64,000 nt of DNA. Source: Verrucomicrobiota bacterium. Lineage in GTDB: Bacteria; Verrucomicrobiota; Verrucomicrobiia; Chthoniobacterales; JAFAMB01. The stretch's first letter is position 1. The number at the start of each line of letters is the position of its first letter. The translations under genes were made by a program, and so were the position numbers. The stretch lies in the NCBI GenBank assembly GCA_019239825.1, contig JAFAZK010000156.1, positions 3,080-67,079 on the forward strand, read 5' to 3'. The notes beneath the pieces were generated by a model. That model had not been told where the DNA came from and ran no database searches. It was given only the letters and a program-made list of their open reading frames with translations. This document shows positions 8,277-18,636 of this stretch, one piece after another.

Positions 8277-9767
8277 TCAGCCTAGGCGGTGGCGAATCGC
8301 GTCGCAGACACTCTCCAGTACCTTCACCCGAGCATACCGTTTGCAGTTGGATTCTACGATCGTCCAAGGTGCGTAGGGCGTACTTGTCCGATGCAACATC
8401 TCCTCTACCGCATCTCGGTATTGGTCCAGCTTTGCCCGATTTCGCCAATCCTCGTCGGTGATCTTCCACTGCTTATGCACCTCTTCCTGCCGCTCGCGAA
8501 ATCGCCGCAGCTGTTCATCGGGATCGATGTGCAACCAGAACTTCAGCAGGACCGTTCCGAAATGCACCAGCTGTTGTTCCATAGCGTTTATTTCCCGATA
8601 CGCTCGCCGCCACTGCTCCTCAGTGCAGAACCCCTCAACTCGCTCAACTAACACACGGCCGTACCATGTCCGATCGAAAATCGCGATGTGCCCAGCCTTG
8701 GGTAATTGCGCCCAGAAACGCCAAAGATAGTGGTGTGCCCTCTCGATGTCATTTGGGGCCGCGATCGGTATCACCTCGTATCCTCGTGGATCCAGGTTCT
8801 GCGTTAGCCGACGAATATTGCCCCCTTTTCCGGCCGCATCCCACCCCTCATATGCGATGATCACCGGTATTCGCTGCCGGTAGATCTGATGTTCGAGCTC
8901 GCGAAGCCCCGTCTGAGCTTCCTTCAACCGGTGAGTGTACTTTTCGTCAGTTAACGACAAAGACAGATCGACATGATCCAGCGCTGTTGTCTTGAGTGCA
9001 CAAATCGCCGGAGACGGCTCAACCGGCGGCGCCTGTGGTTCGTCGGCTTTTCGATCGGCGACGGCCACGCGGCGGTCCAGCGCATCGATCACGGTTGAGA
9101 AAACCTTCAGAGTCGCGAATCGCCGGTCGTGAGCTTCGACCACGGTCCACGGGGCGTACTCGGTATCAGTTTCGGTTAACATGTCTTCAGCAACCGCCAG
9201 GTACTCGCCATATTGCTGATTCTGCCGCAGGTCGGCTTCCGTCACTCGCCAGGCAGTCGCAGAGTTATCGCGCAGAGCGCGAAAGCGCTGTTTCTGTTCG
9301 TCCTTGGAGATGTGGAGAAAGAACTTAATAATCACTACCCCGTCGTCGGTCAGTTGCCGCTCGAATGACCGGATGTCTTCGAACGCCTGGTGGAGTTGTT
9401 TCCCTTTGAGCTGCCCTTCCATCCGGCCACTCACGACCCGGCGATTCCAGCTACGGTCGAAGATGGCCAATCGCCCCCGTGTTGGCGTGCGCTTCCAGAA
9501 CGGCCACAGGAACGGATAAAAGCTTTCTTCCTTCGTTGGCCCGCTTGCGCTGTACACGGTGAAACCCCGCGGATCGAGCGGAAGAATTAACTGATTGATT
9601 AATGTGCCCTTGCCAGAGGCACTCCAGCCCTCGAATACGATAATGACGGGGACGACCAGTCCCTTAACTTGCCGCTGCAGGTCGGCCAACTTCAGATCCG
9701 CATCCCCTTTGAGCCGCTTGTAATCAGCCTTAGCAACCTCCCGCGATAGATCGATGTTCTTGAGCAT
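8277..9767 (-). CDS. Two-domain PPK2 (polyphosphate:AMP phosphotransferase-like)
   Basis: Two tandem PPK2 domains, with FEGWSASGKGT and YEGWDAAGKGG P-loops and two FDRSW/FDRTW motifs. 496 aa, as in fused class II PPK2/PAP enzymes. Confidence 0.9.
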   Translation of the reverse strand: MLKNIDLSREVAKADYKRLKGDADLKLADLQRQVKGLVVPVIIVFEGWSASGKGTLINQLILPLDPRGFTVYSASGPTKEESFYPFLWPFWKRTPTRGRLAIFDRSWNRRVVSGRMEGQLKGKQLHQAFEDIRSFERQLTDDGVVIIKFFLHISKDEQKQRFRALRDNSATAWRVTEADLRQNQQYGEYLAVAEDMLTETDTEYAPWTVVEAHDRRFATLKVFSTVIDALDRRVAVADRKADEPQAPPVEPSPAICALKTTALDHVDLSLSLTDEKYTHRLKEAQTGLRELEHQIYRQRIPVIIAYEGWDAAGKGGNIRRLTQNLDPRGYEVIPIAAPNDIERAHHYLWRFWAQLPKAGHIAIFDRTWYGRVLVERVEGFCTEEQWRRAYREINAMEQQLVHFGTVLLKFWLHIDPDEQLRRFRERQEEVHKQWKITDEDWRNRAKLDQYRDAVEEMLHRTSTPYAPWTIVESNCKRYARVKVLESVCDAIRHRLG

Positions 9768-9809
9768 AAAGCACTGGGTTCACATCAGGCCAGAATATCA
9801 CGTCCCTCT

Positions 9810-10082
9810 TTGCCTCCACAGATAAATACAAAGCGCTACACGCAGCGTCACTTCCTGCAGAGCACCGGCATTACCTACGCCAGGTTTCAGCAAATCCAAC
9901 GAGCGCGATACGCAACAACCTTGCTTAGGGAGGGAGCGTCGATCGCTGATGTGATAGTGGGCGCGGGTTACTTTGACCAGCCCCATTTAACTCGATCGCT
10001 TAAACGCTTCATCGGCGATACCCCGTCCAATATCATTCAGGGTCGGAAACAGTTGTCGTTTTTGTACAAGACAACCTTTTGA
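9810..10082 (+). pseudogene. AraC-family HTH C-terminal fragment (probable gene remnant)
   Basis: Only the second HTH of an AraC/XylS domain is present (...IADVIVGAGYFDQPHLTRSLKRFIGDTPS...). There is no sensor domain, and about 440 bp without convincing coding follows. Confidence 0.5.
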
Positions 10083-10520
10083 GTGGAAGCAATAGTCGTC
10101 GGCCAGATGACGCGCTCAAAAGTAGCGCCGCAATAAGCGTTTAATAAACTAGCACACAGAAAAAGATCTATGGGAGCACCTGTTGTTCACTTTGAAATCA
10201 GGGGCGGCGAAGCCGTCTGATCGGATTCAATATCTCGCGAATCGATCTTGGTCTCGTCCTCCGGTGATTCGGTCGGAATCGGACCACGTCGGGGATCTAC
10301 AGCGCCGACATCTTCTTCTTCCTCAGGCCCTGGCCCATTTTTCGCATTCATACTATCCGTTCGGGAAAGCGTGGTGGTGTGGATGTTGTTATCCGATCAT
10401 GCGCCCAACCTTTCACACCGCGAGTCCAGGGGTGCCGTTTCCTCCGAACAGCCAAAGTGAATCTACAGACCAAAAACCAATCTTCGCAATTGATGCGCGG
10501 GTTGATTAGGACTTGCTAAA

Positions 10521-12158
10521 ATGGTGACGCACTGGTTCAAGAATGCGGTCATTTATTGTATCGACGTCGATACGTTTCAAGATGGTAACGGCGATGGTGT
10601 TGGCGACTTTATTGGGCTGCGCCGTCGATTAAGTTATCTTGCCGGGCTGGGGATAAGTTGTATCTGGCTACTCCCATTCTACCCGTCGCCCGGCAGGGAT
10701 AACGGTTACGATGTCACCGACTACTTAGGAGTGCATCCCGCATTGGGCGATCTAGGCGATTTTGCCGCCTTTATGGATGAGGCTAATAATCGCGGAATCC
10801 GCGTCATCATTGATCTAGTCGTTAACCACACTTCGAACGAACATCCGTGGTTTAAAGCGGCAGAGGAGGGGGACCCTAAATATCGTGACTACTATGTATG
10901 GCGGAAAGAAAAACCGCCAGACACGAGGGATCAAGTCGCGTTTCCGGGATCCCAAAGCGGGGTATGGGCCTATTCACGGAAAGCCAAGGCCTATTATTTT
11001 CATCGCTTTTACGATTATCAGCCCGACCTGAACACCGCAAACCCCGAAGTACGCGCGGAGATTAAGAAGGTCATCGGCTTCTGGCTCGCCTTAGGTGTAT
11101 CGGGTTTCCGGGTCGATGCGGCTCCTTTCGTGATTGCACACAAAGGTCCGGAAATCGAGAAGCAGCCGCACGAATCATTCGAGTTTATCAATGAGTTTCG
11201 CGAATTTCTTTCCTGGAAACGAGGAGACGCCGTATTTCTGGCTGAAGCCAATGTTCTTCCCAGTCAGATGTCGCAGTTTTTCGGCGAACGCGGAGATCGG
11301 ATGAACATGATCCTCAATTTTTTCGTGAATCCGCATCTGTTTCTCGCCCTGGCTGATGAATCACCGGAGCCGCTGATCCGGAGCTTACTCCAGGTTCCCG
11401 CTGTCCCGGAGAATTGCCAGTGGGGATATTTTCTCCGGAATCATGATGAAATTGATCTCAGCCGGTTAAGTGAAATGGAGCGGGCGCGTTGTTTTGAAGC
11501 ATTTGGTCCGGAGAAGAAAATGCAGTTGTACGACCGGGGTATCCGGCGGCGATTAGCACCAATGCTAGGTGGCGATGTGCAGAAGGAGCTGTTGGCTTTT
11601 AGTCTGATCTTCACTATTCCAGGGACCCCTATCATCTGGTATGGGGATGAAATTGGGATGGGCGACGATCTCAGATTGCTGGAGCGCGAAAGTGTCCGCA
11701 CCCCGATGCAATGGACGGCAGAAGCGAATGCGGGTTTTTCGACGGCCTCACCGAAACAGTTGCGCCGGCCGGTCATCGACTTCGGCGAATATGATTATCA
11801 TCGGGTAAATGTTCAGGCGGAGCGTCGGAACCCGCGCTCGTTATTGAATCGCCTTGAACGCATGATTCGAACGCGAAAAGAATTTCCCGAGTTTGCTTGC
11901 GGTAAATATCGTCTGCTGGAATCAGACCAACCGGCCAAGATTTTCACTCATGCCTGCGAAGATGGAGAAGGAAAAGCAGTTCTGGCAATTCACAATCTCT
12001 GTGGCGAGAGGGTTGCCGCTAAAATCCGACTTTGGAGCGACACGTTCGCTCACGCCGTGTTCCTTTTTGACGATACCGATGACGCCGAGATTATCGGCAA
12101 GGATCTGCCAATCGAACTAGAAGGTTACGGCTACAACTGGGTCCGTCTGACGGCATAA
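10521..12158 (+). CDS. GH13 alpha-amylase family protein, trehalose synthase (TreS)-like
   Basis: N-terminus WFKNAVIYCIDVDTFQDGNGDGVGDFIGL...IWLLPFYPSPGRDNGYDVTDY, DLVVNHTS, GFRVDAA, and NHDE. 545 aa. Confidence 0.8.
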   Translation: MVTHWFKNAVIYCIDVDTFQDGNGDGVGDFIGLRRRLSYLAGLGISCIWLLPFYPSPGRDNGYDVTDYLGVHPALGDLGDFAAFMDEANNRGIRVIIDLVVNHTSNEHPWFKAAEEGDPKYRDYYVWRKEKPPDTRDQVAFPGSQSGVWAYSRKAKAYYFHRFYDYQPDLNTANPEVRAEIKKVIGFWLALGVSGFRVDAAPFVIAHKGPEIEKQPHESFEFINEFREFLSWKRGDAVFLAEANVLPSQMSQFFGERGDRMNMILNFFVNPHLFLALADESPEPLIRSLLQVPAVPENCQWGYFLRNHDEIDLSRLSEMERARCFEAFGPEKKMQLYDRGIRRRLAPMLGGDVQKELLAFSLIFTIPGTPIIWYGDEIGMGDDLRLLERESVRTPMQWTAEANAGFSTASPKQLRRPVIDFGEYDYHRVNVQAERRNPRSLLNRLERMIRTRKEFPEFACGKYRLLESDQPAKIFTHACEDGEGKAVLAIHNLCGERVAAKIRLWSDTFAHAVFLFDDTDDAEIIGKDLPIELEGYGYNWVRLTA

Positions 12159-12381
12159 GCGGCCGGAGGGGTTGCGCCGATCGGTACGTGCCTGTAGGGA
12201 GCAATAACCCGGATAAGGCGAGGGGAGAGGGAGACGCGAGAAGTAAAGTTAACCGAGTGCCAACAGCTAATGCCTCGCGAAACCCAATGGGAAGACAAGT
12301 TTGCTTTCCGAGCCCGAGTTATGTATAGTGTAAGCCCTTCCCGCAGTACTTCTTCCAACACAAAAAGCGAGGCTCCCAATC

Positions 12382-12987
12382 ATGCCTACCTCATGGAAAG
12401 TTGCCGGATCTTACTTTGAAGCCTGTAATTGCGATGTTGCATGTCCCTGTGTCTTTCTGAGCCCGCCTACGAGCGGAGATTGCACTGTCTTGCTAACCTG
12501 GCACATCGACCACGGTGAGTTCGGCGGGGTCAACCTTGACGGATTCAATGCCGCACTCGCGGCCTACTCTCCTGGTCACATGCTGCAGACCAAATGGAAA
12601 GTGGCGCTTTACGTGGATGAACGGGCAAACCAGGATCAGCGAGACGCCTTGACCCAAATTTTTTCGGGCCAGGCAGGCGGGCATCTGGCGAATCTTGGGC
12701 CGCTGATCGGCGAAGTCCTAGGGGTTAAGGCAGCAGCGATTGAATATCACTCTGAAGGAAAGCGGCGCAGCATGCGTCTGGGCGACGTCGGTGAGATAGA
12801 GATTGAGGGGCTGCCTGGGCAGGATGGTGGGGACGTCACGATTGCTAACCATCCCTTCACCGCGGTTCCTGGCTTTCCCGCGGTCGTGGCCAAATCGAAA
12901 CATATGAGCTTGAGCGATTACGGCCTAAAGTGGGAGGTGTCGAACAAGAATGGATTTTTCTCGCCCTTTGCTTACCAGTCCGGATAG
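12382..12987 (+). CDS. DUF1326 domain-containing protein
   Basis: The N-terminal W.V.GSYFEACNCDVACPCVF motif is characteristic of DUF1326. About 200 aa. Confidence 0.7.
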   Translation: MPTSWKVAGSYFEACNCDVACPCVFLSPPTSGDCTVLLTWHIDHGEFGGVNLDGFNAALAAYSPGHMLQTKWKVALYVDERANQDQRDALTQIFSGQAGGHLANLGPLIGEVLGVKAAAIEYHSEGKRRSMRLGDVGEIEIEGLPGQDGGDVTIANHPFTAVPGFPAVVAKSKHMSLSDYGLKWEVSNKNGFFSPFAYQSG

Positions 12988-13162
12988 TCGGGCTTATCGT
13001 CGGAGAAGAGAGTTAACAAAGTTCCAGCAGCTAAACGTTCGCCCATTGGAATCACGGTTTGGAAGGGATGTAAGCTTGTTTCATCGAGCGGAACCACTTC
13101 GGGATTGGCCGCGCCTTACTCTGAAAAGACACCGTAGAATCTTGTTGCCTTGTGTCAGTAGG

Positions 13163-14461
13163 TCACCCGTTACCCTTTGCCGCGCGGGCGGTGCGCTGGT
13201 CCGTTATTCTCGGCAGGAACACCGTTAGGAGCCCAACCAAGGGCAAAAATGAGCAAAGCTGATAGACCTTTTCAATTCCCGTGTGATCTGCCATAGCACC
13301 TAGAATCGCTGCCGCAATTCCTCCCATTCCGAAATTGAGCCCGTAAAACAGCCCGCCAACCAGGCCGATGCGGTGCGACACCAGCTCCATGGCGTAGATC
13401 ATGATGGATGCAAAGGCGCTGGCCATGATCAGGTTGATCAGAATGGTGAGAACGCCGGTCCAGAAGAAATCTACGTGGGGCAAAAGAAGCGTGAGTGGGA
13501 GTGGACCAAGGATCGAAATCCAGATGATTCTATAGCGGCCGATCTTGTCACCGACGATACCACCGAGCAGCACTCCGGCGGCAGAGGATATGAAAAAAAT
13601 GAACAACATCAGCTGCGAAGTCGCGATCGAAACGCCGAAGCGGTCTATAAGGTAGAAGGTGTAAAACGATCGAAAGCTCTCCACATAGGCCAATTTTGAG
13701 AACATCAGGATGCCGAGAATGGCGAGGCCAAGCCATACCTCCGCCCGGGAATGCGAGCGGCGTGTGGCGAATGCTCCGGAGTGCGCGGTCGTCGCGGCCA
13801 GGAACTGCGTGCGGATGGTTGTCTGCTGCCGGGCGATTCCGATCATGAGCAAAATGGCCAAAATTGCCAACGATGCGAACCAGCTTAAGGTCGTTTGCCC
13901 CCGGGGCACAATAATGAGAGCGGCGAGCAAGGGGCTGAGCGCGCCTCCAATCTGACCCCCAACCTGAAAAATTCCCTGTGCGAGGCCTTGCTGATTCCCA
14001 GAAGCGTATCGCGCGGTTCGGGTGGCTTCAGGGTGGTAAATCGAGGAGCCGATGCCGATAAAAGCAACCGACAGCAGGATCATGAGGTAGCTCCCCGAGA
14101 AGGCGAGGCTTAACACTCCGGTCAGGGTAAAGATCATTCCGATCACAGTCGAGTAAGGCATCGGATGCTGATCAGTGTAGTGCCCGACCAGTGGTTGCAG
14201 TAATGATCCCGCGGTCTGGAACGTTAAGGTGATGATTCCGATCTGCACGAAGTCGAGGGCATACTTGTCCTTAATGATGGGATAGATGGCTGGGATCAGC
14301 GCCTGAATCAGGTCGTTTAGCAAATGCGTCGAGCCCAAGACGAGCAGCACAGCAATATATGCTTTTGGTTGGATAGCGGAGGTGGGAGAGGGATTCATTG
14401 CATCCGGGAAAGCGTCGGCACTATTGGCTAGTGAATCATAGCACGAGTGCAACGCGGTCAT
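13163..14461 (-). CDS. MFS transporter (Fsr-like)
   Basis: About 12 predicted hydrophobic segments and MFS-type loop motifs. Alternative start at 14398. Confidence 0.8.
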   Translation of the reverse strand: MTALHSCYDSLANSADAFPDAMNPSPTSAIQPKAYIAVLLVLGSTHLLNDLIQALIPAIYPIIKDKYALDFVQIGIITLTFQTAGSLLQPLVGHYTDQHPMPYSTVIGMIFTLTGVLSLAFSGSYLMILLSVAFIGIGSSIYHPEATRTARYASGNQQGLAQGIFQVGGQIGGALSPLLAALIIVPRGQTTLSWFASLAILAILLMIGIARQQTTIRTQFLAATTAHSGAFATRRSHSRAEVWLGLAILGILMFSKLAYVESFRSFYTFYLIDRFGVSIATSQLMLFIFFISSAAGVLLGGIVGDKIGRYRIIWISILGPLPLTLLLPHVDFFWTGVLTILINLIMASAFASIMIYAMELVSHRIGLVGGLFYGLNFGMGGIAAAILGAMADHTGIEKVYQLCSFLPLVGLLTVFLPRITDQRTARAAKGNG

Positions 14462-14855
14462 CAGCGGATGTCAAACAGACTCCAACGAACAGCGGTTCAA
14501 GGAGGAATTTATCGTGTACCACAGGAGCCAACGGTGTGACTGGTTCGTGGCGGGCGGCGGCGCCGAGTCCGGAGTGATGACGAATTATTCTCACTGATGG
14601 GGCAGGATTCTGGCCGGGAGATAGTGGCCGAAGCGATTTTGCGAATCCCGATAGAGCCTGGCAGCGAGCAGTAAGGCAACGAAATCCGGGACCGGACGGG
14701 TTTTCTCGTGCTGAGATTGGGCACTCGTAATTTGCTAATGCGTGGACTTTTGACCTGTTAGATACATGGCCGGGATCCTAGACGATCGGAAGGATTCCGC
14801 ATTAGGTCGATTTTTTCTGAAACCCTCGGAATAGAAATCGATTAGAATAGTCGTA

Positions 14856-15143
14856 ATGAGCGCGGGAAAACTTATGGATACTCCGACGCAGCTAGATCCG
14901 ATGGATATATTTTACGACTATTACGGCGAATACTTCTCGGGCAGGGACGTCCGATTGAACGCCCTGCAAACCCTAGCTCAGATTCACTTTTGTGCTGGCA
15001 ATCCCAAACCGCCAGATAGAATGAAGTCGATCGAGGCTCTATTCGAACTACTAGGTTCAGGCGGAACGGGTGCTAATAGAGCGGACGCGGCCAACATTTA
15101 CGACAAGCTCCGCGAAGATGCGGGTCTATACCGTCTTGAGTGA
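14856..15143 (+). CDS. Hypothetical protein (95 aa)
   Basis: Isolated ORF in an otherwise empty intergenic region. Plausible amino-acid composition, no recognisable family. Confidence 0.35.
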   Translation: MSAGKLMDTPTQLDPMDIFYDYYGEYFSGRDVRLNALQTLAQIHFCAGNPKPPDRMKSIEALFELLGSGGTGANRADAANIYDKLREDAGLYRLE

Positions 15144-15513
15144 TCCGATCTGATACGGTCATTCTCTTCGGCGGCGACCGCAGAGGGTTCATCAGGGGTC
15201 GATTGTGCGCCGTGCAATTCCTGAATCTCGTCGTTGGCCCTCGGTGACCAAGTGCAGAAGACAGAGGACTCAAGGTGAAGTTTTTGTCCGCTTTTATGGA
15301 CAGCTAGCTTATCCCGCGGCCCGGCTCAATACCGGCGGACCGTGTGGGGCCTCCGTCATGGTCGATCCCGAGAGCTACATCCGGCCGAAATGGCTAGAGG
15401 GACATATCTTAACTTTGGATAATCAGTTACAGAAAACTTGAGTTAGAATGTCTGATGCTTAGACAAACTATCCTTTTGACTTCTTGGGCAAAGCAGCATA
15501 CATACCGGTTGGT

Positions 15514-16170
15514 ATGTTGCTGACACCGAAGAAGCTGCCACGCAGGACAGCCAGGCTACGCGATCCCGAGGGCACGCGACAGCGCCTGTTGCAGGCAGCG
15601 TTTCGCGAGGTTTACCGATACGGGTTCCAGAGCGCCGCGGTTGATACTATTCTCGCCTCCACCAATGTCACCAAGGGAGCGCTCTACTACCACTTCGAGA
15701 GCAAGGAAGCTCTAGGCCACGCCATCATCGAAGAGGTCATCGCAGAAATCACCAAGGACCGGTGGTTACGTCCTCTACGACAGAGCAAAGACAAGAACCC
15801 GATTGATGCTTTGATTGGCATCGTACAGGCGATACCGGCACGGCCAAGGGATGTGAAGCGCGGTTGCCCCCTGGTCAATTTGACACAGGAAATGTCTCTG
15901 CTCGACGAACAGTTCCGGAAACGATTGGAGAGGATCTTCCAATCCTGGCAGGAGGCCATTGCCACCGTTTTGCGAGAGGGGCAGTACACGGGAACAGTCC
16001 GCCGCGACCTGGTTCCGGAAGAGACGGCGAGCTTTTTGATCGCGATGGTCGAAGGTTACGAAGTGCTGGCAAAGAACGCTCAGGACGCGAAGGTGTGGAA
16101 TATGGGGATGAAAAATATCGTGACCTGGTTGAGTTCGCTTCGAGCGCCGGGCGGTGGCAAGGGGGGCTGA
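15514..16170 (+). CDS. TetR/AcrR family transcriptional regulator
   Basis: TetR HTH region ...LLQAAFREVYRYGFQSAAVDTILASTNVTKGALYYHFESKE. ATG at 15514; the ORF is open from a TTG at 15484. Confidence 0.9.
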   Translation: MLLTPKKLPRRTARLRDPEGTRQRLLQAAFREVYRYGFQSAAVDTILASTNVTKGALYYHFESKEALGHAIIEEVIAEITKDRWLRPLRQSKDKNPIDALIGIVQAIPARPRDVKRGCPLVNLTQEMSLLDEQFRKRLERIFQSWQEAIATVLREGQYTGTVRRDLVPEETASFLIAMVEGYEVLAKNAQDAKVWNMGMKNIVTWLSSLRAPGGGKGG

Positions 16171-16264
16171 TTGCCTTGAATCCAATCTATGGTTGTACAC
16201 TCTTTCATACCAACCCGTTCGTATGTCAGAGTGCCAACATCGCATCATGAAAGGAGAACGAACA

Positions 16265-16744
16265 ATGAGACAACGAACAATAACGAAAATGGCAGTGTCC
16301 CGCGGAAATCTGTTCACAATGTTAGCGTGCGTGCTGATAAGTGCAGTAGCTCTGCCGGGACTATTGAGAGGACAAAACTCAGTGAACGAAGAGATCGTCC
16401 GTAAATGGTACGCGGCATGGGAGAACAAGGACTTGGCCACGTTTAATGCCCTGCTCGCCGACAACTTCACCTTTAGCAGCGCGGCCGGCGACGACCACAT
16501 GAGCAAAAGCAACTTCAAAACCCGATGCTGGGACACACAGGTTGATTTCATTCAACATTTCGACTTGGAGCGAATCAGCGCCGGTCCGGACGATGCTTTT
16601 GTGAAGTATCTTTGCCACACTAAGAACGGTAAAACGTTCCAGAATGTCGAGTACCTTCGAATCAAGAGCGGAAAGTTGGAATCAATCGAGTGTTATTTCG
16701 GGGCACAGTCCAGCTTCCCATCCGCAGTGAGCACTGGGCAGTAG
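16265..16744 (+). CDS. Secreted SnoaL-like / NTF2-fold protein
   Basis: AGGAG precedes the ATG at 16265. Signal peptide MRQRTITKMAVSRGNLFTMLACVLISAVALP, then a SnoaL-like core (IVRKWYAAWENKDLATFNALLADNF). Confidence 0.65.
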   Translation: MRQRTITKMAVSRGNLFTMLACVLISAVALPGLLRGQNSVNEEIVRKWYAAWENKDLATFNALLADNFTFSSAAGDDHMSKSNFKTRCWDTQVDFIQHFDLERISAGPDDAFVKYLCHTKNGKTFQNVEYLRIKSGKLESIECYFGAQSSFPSAVSTGQ

Positions 16745-16936
16745 CTCAGAAAGACGTAACTTCTTAAGATGTTCTTTGAGGGTGTTGGTCGTGACTGCGG
16801 TGTCAGTAGTGGTATTGGTTAACGAAGTCGCAGTAGGTTTGAGATCGCGGATCAGAGGATGGCGCTGAGCAAAGCCGAACTCGGTGCGTTCCTGCCGTGG
16901 GGTTGGACCATGCTGGAGCCGGTGTTAGGGTGAGCG

Positions 16937-18631
16937 ATGAGCCAAGCCAGAGCCACCTCTCACCGCCCAACCGCCTGGTGGAAAGAGGTTGTCATTTACC
17001 AGGTCTACCCACGCTCCTTTAACGATAGTAACGGCGATGGCGTCGGCGACCTGAACGGCATCACCGCCAAGCTCAACTACCTGAAGCAGCTAGGTATTGA
17101 CGTGGTGTGGCTTAGCCCACACTTCGACAGCCCGAACGCGGACAATGGCTATGACATCCGCGACTATCGTCAAGTGTTGGCTGAGTTCGGTACGATGGCC
17201 GACTTTGACCAGATGTTGGAAGCGATGCGGGCACACGGCATCGACTTGATCGTCGATTTAGTAGTCAACCATACTAGCGACGAGCACGCTTGGTTTGCGG
17301 AGAGCCGCCGCTCCCGCGACAACCCTCACCGCGACTATTACATTTGGCGGGACGGCAGCCCCGACGGTTCGCCGCCCAACAATTACCCTTCATTCTTCGG
17401 TGGCTCAGCCTGGGAGCTGGACCCGACTACCGGCCAGTATTACCTGCACTACTTCGATGTAAAGCAACCGGACCTGAACTGGGAAAACCCGAAGGTGCGG
17501 GCCGAGGTTTTCGATCTCATGCGCTTCTGGCTCGACAAAGGGGTGGCAGGCTTTCGTATGGATGTCATCCCGTTCATTTCCAAGCAGCCCGGCCTACCCG
17601 ACCTGACGCCCGATCAACTCGCTCACCCCGAGTTTGTCTATTCCAATGGCCCGCGCGTGCACCAGTACCTGCAAGATCTGCATCATGAGATCCTGAGGTC
17701 TTACAACGCGATGTCGGTGGGTGAAGCTTTCGGCGTAACCATGGAGCAGGCCCCCTTGTTTACTGACGCGCGGCGTGGTGAACTCAGTATGATCTTCCAA
17801 TTCGATGTGGTTCGACTGGACCGCCAGAACTGGCGCAAGACAGACTGGACGTTGCCGGCGCTGAAGGCTGCCTACGCCCGTATTGATCAAGCTGCGGGCC
17901 TCCACGGCTGGGCCACTAGCTATTTGTGCAACCATGATAACCCGCGCGCGGTCTCCCATTTCGGCGACGATAGTCCAGCTTGGCGGGAGCGCTCGGCGAA
18001 AGCCTTGGCCACGCTGTTGCTCACGCAGCGGGCCACGCCCTTTCTCTATCAGGGGGACGAACTTGGCATGACCAATTACCCGTTCCGGAGCGTGGAAGAT
18101 TACGATGATGTAGAAGTCCACGGCCAATGGCGGGAGCTGGTCGAGACAGGGCGCGTGCCGGCCGCGGAGTACCTGGACCACGTCCGTCAGACCAGTCGCG
18201 ACAATGCGCGTACCCCGATGCAGTGGGACTCGGGTCCACACGGCGGTTTCACCACGGGTCGACCCTGGCTGGCCGTCAACCCCAATTGCGTCGAGATCAA
18301 CGCAGCGGCGCAACTCGAGGATCCCGATTCGGTGTTTCATCATCACCGTCGCCTGATCGCGTTACGGCGCAAAACTCCCGCTCTGGTGCACGGCGCGTAC
18401 GAGGACATCGACCCAAAACACCTGCAGGTCTTTGCCTACACGCGTGCGTTGGCGGATGAGCAATACTTGGTAGTACTGAACCTTGGGGCTAGACCGCTGC
18501 AGTACGCGTTGCCAAGTGGGATAAGCATTGAGCGGGCGGTGCTTGATAACGGATCGGGCGATGGGGTAGCCGCCGGGGCCACTCTACTCAGATTAGCGCC
18601 GTGGCAGGCCACGATCTATAAGCTGGAGTAA
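16937..18631 (+). CDS. GH13 alpha-glucosidase / oligo-1,6-glucosidase family
   Basis: WWKEVVIYQVYPRSFNDSNGDGVGDLNGI, DLVVNHTSDEH, GFRMDVI, GEAF, and NHDNPR. 564 aa. Confidence 0.9.
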   Translation: MSQARATSHRPTAWWKEVVIYQVYPRSFNDSNGDGVGDLNGITAKLNYLKQLGIDVVWLSPHFDSPNADNGYDIRDYRQVLAEFGTMADFDQMLEAMRAHGIDLIVDLVVNHTSDEHAWFAESRRSRDNPHRDYYIWRDGSPDGSPPNNYPSFFGGSAWELDPTTGQYYLHYFDVKQPDLNWENPKVRAEVFDLMRFWLDKGVAGFRMDVIPFISKQPGLPDLTPDQLAHPEFVYSNGPRVHQYLQDLHHEILRSYNAMSVGEAFGVTMEQAPLFTDARRGELSMIFQFDVVRLDRQNWRKTDWTLPALKAAYARIDQAAGLHGWATSYLCNHDNPRAVSHFGDDSPAWRERSAKALATLLLTQRATPFLYQGDELGMTNYPFRSVEDYDDVEVHGQWRELVETGRVPAAEYLDHVRQTSRDNARTPMQWDSGPHGGFTTGRPWLAVNPNCVEINAAAQLEDPDSVFHHHRRLIALRRKTPALVHGAYEDIDPKHLQVFAYTRALADEQYLVVLNLGARPLQYALPSGISIERAVLDNGSGDGVAAGATLLRLAPWQATIYKLE

Positions 18632-18636
18632 TCCGT

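Noticed and set aside
15775-16551. Long antisense or overlapping ORFs inside well-supported genes, for example 15775-16551, 7362-7952, 17594-18346, 25855-26463, 2109-2660, 22261-22800 and 52461-52910.
   Set aside because: These are shadow ORFs typical of GC-rich DNA. They have Arg/Ser/Pro-rich compositions, no family resemblance, and lie fully inside genes with strong motif support on the other strand or frame.
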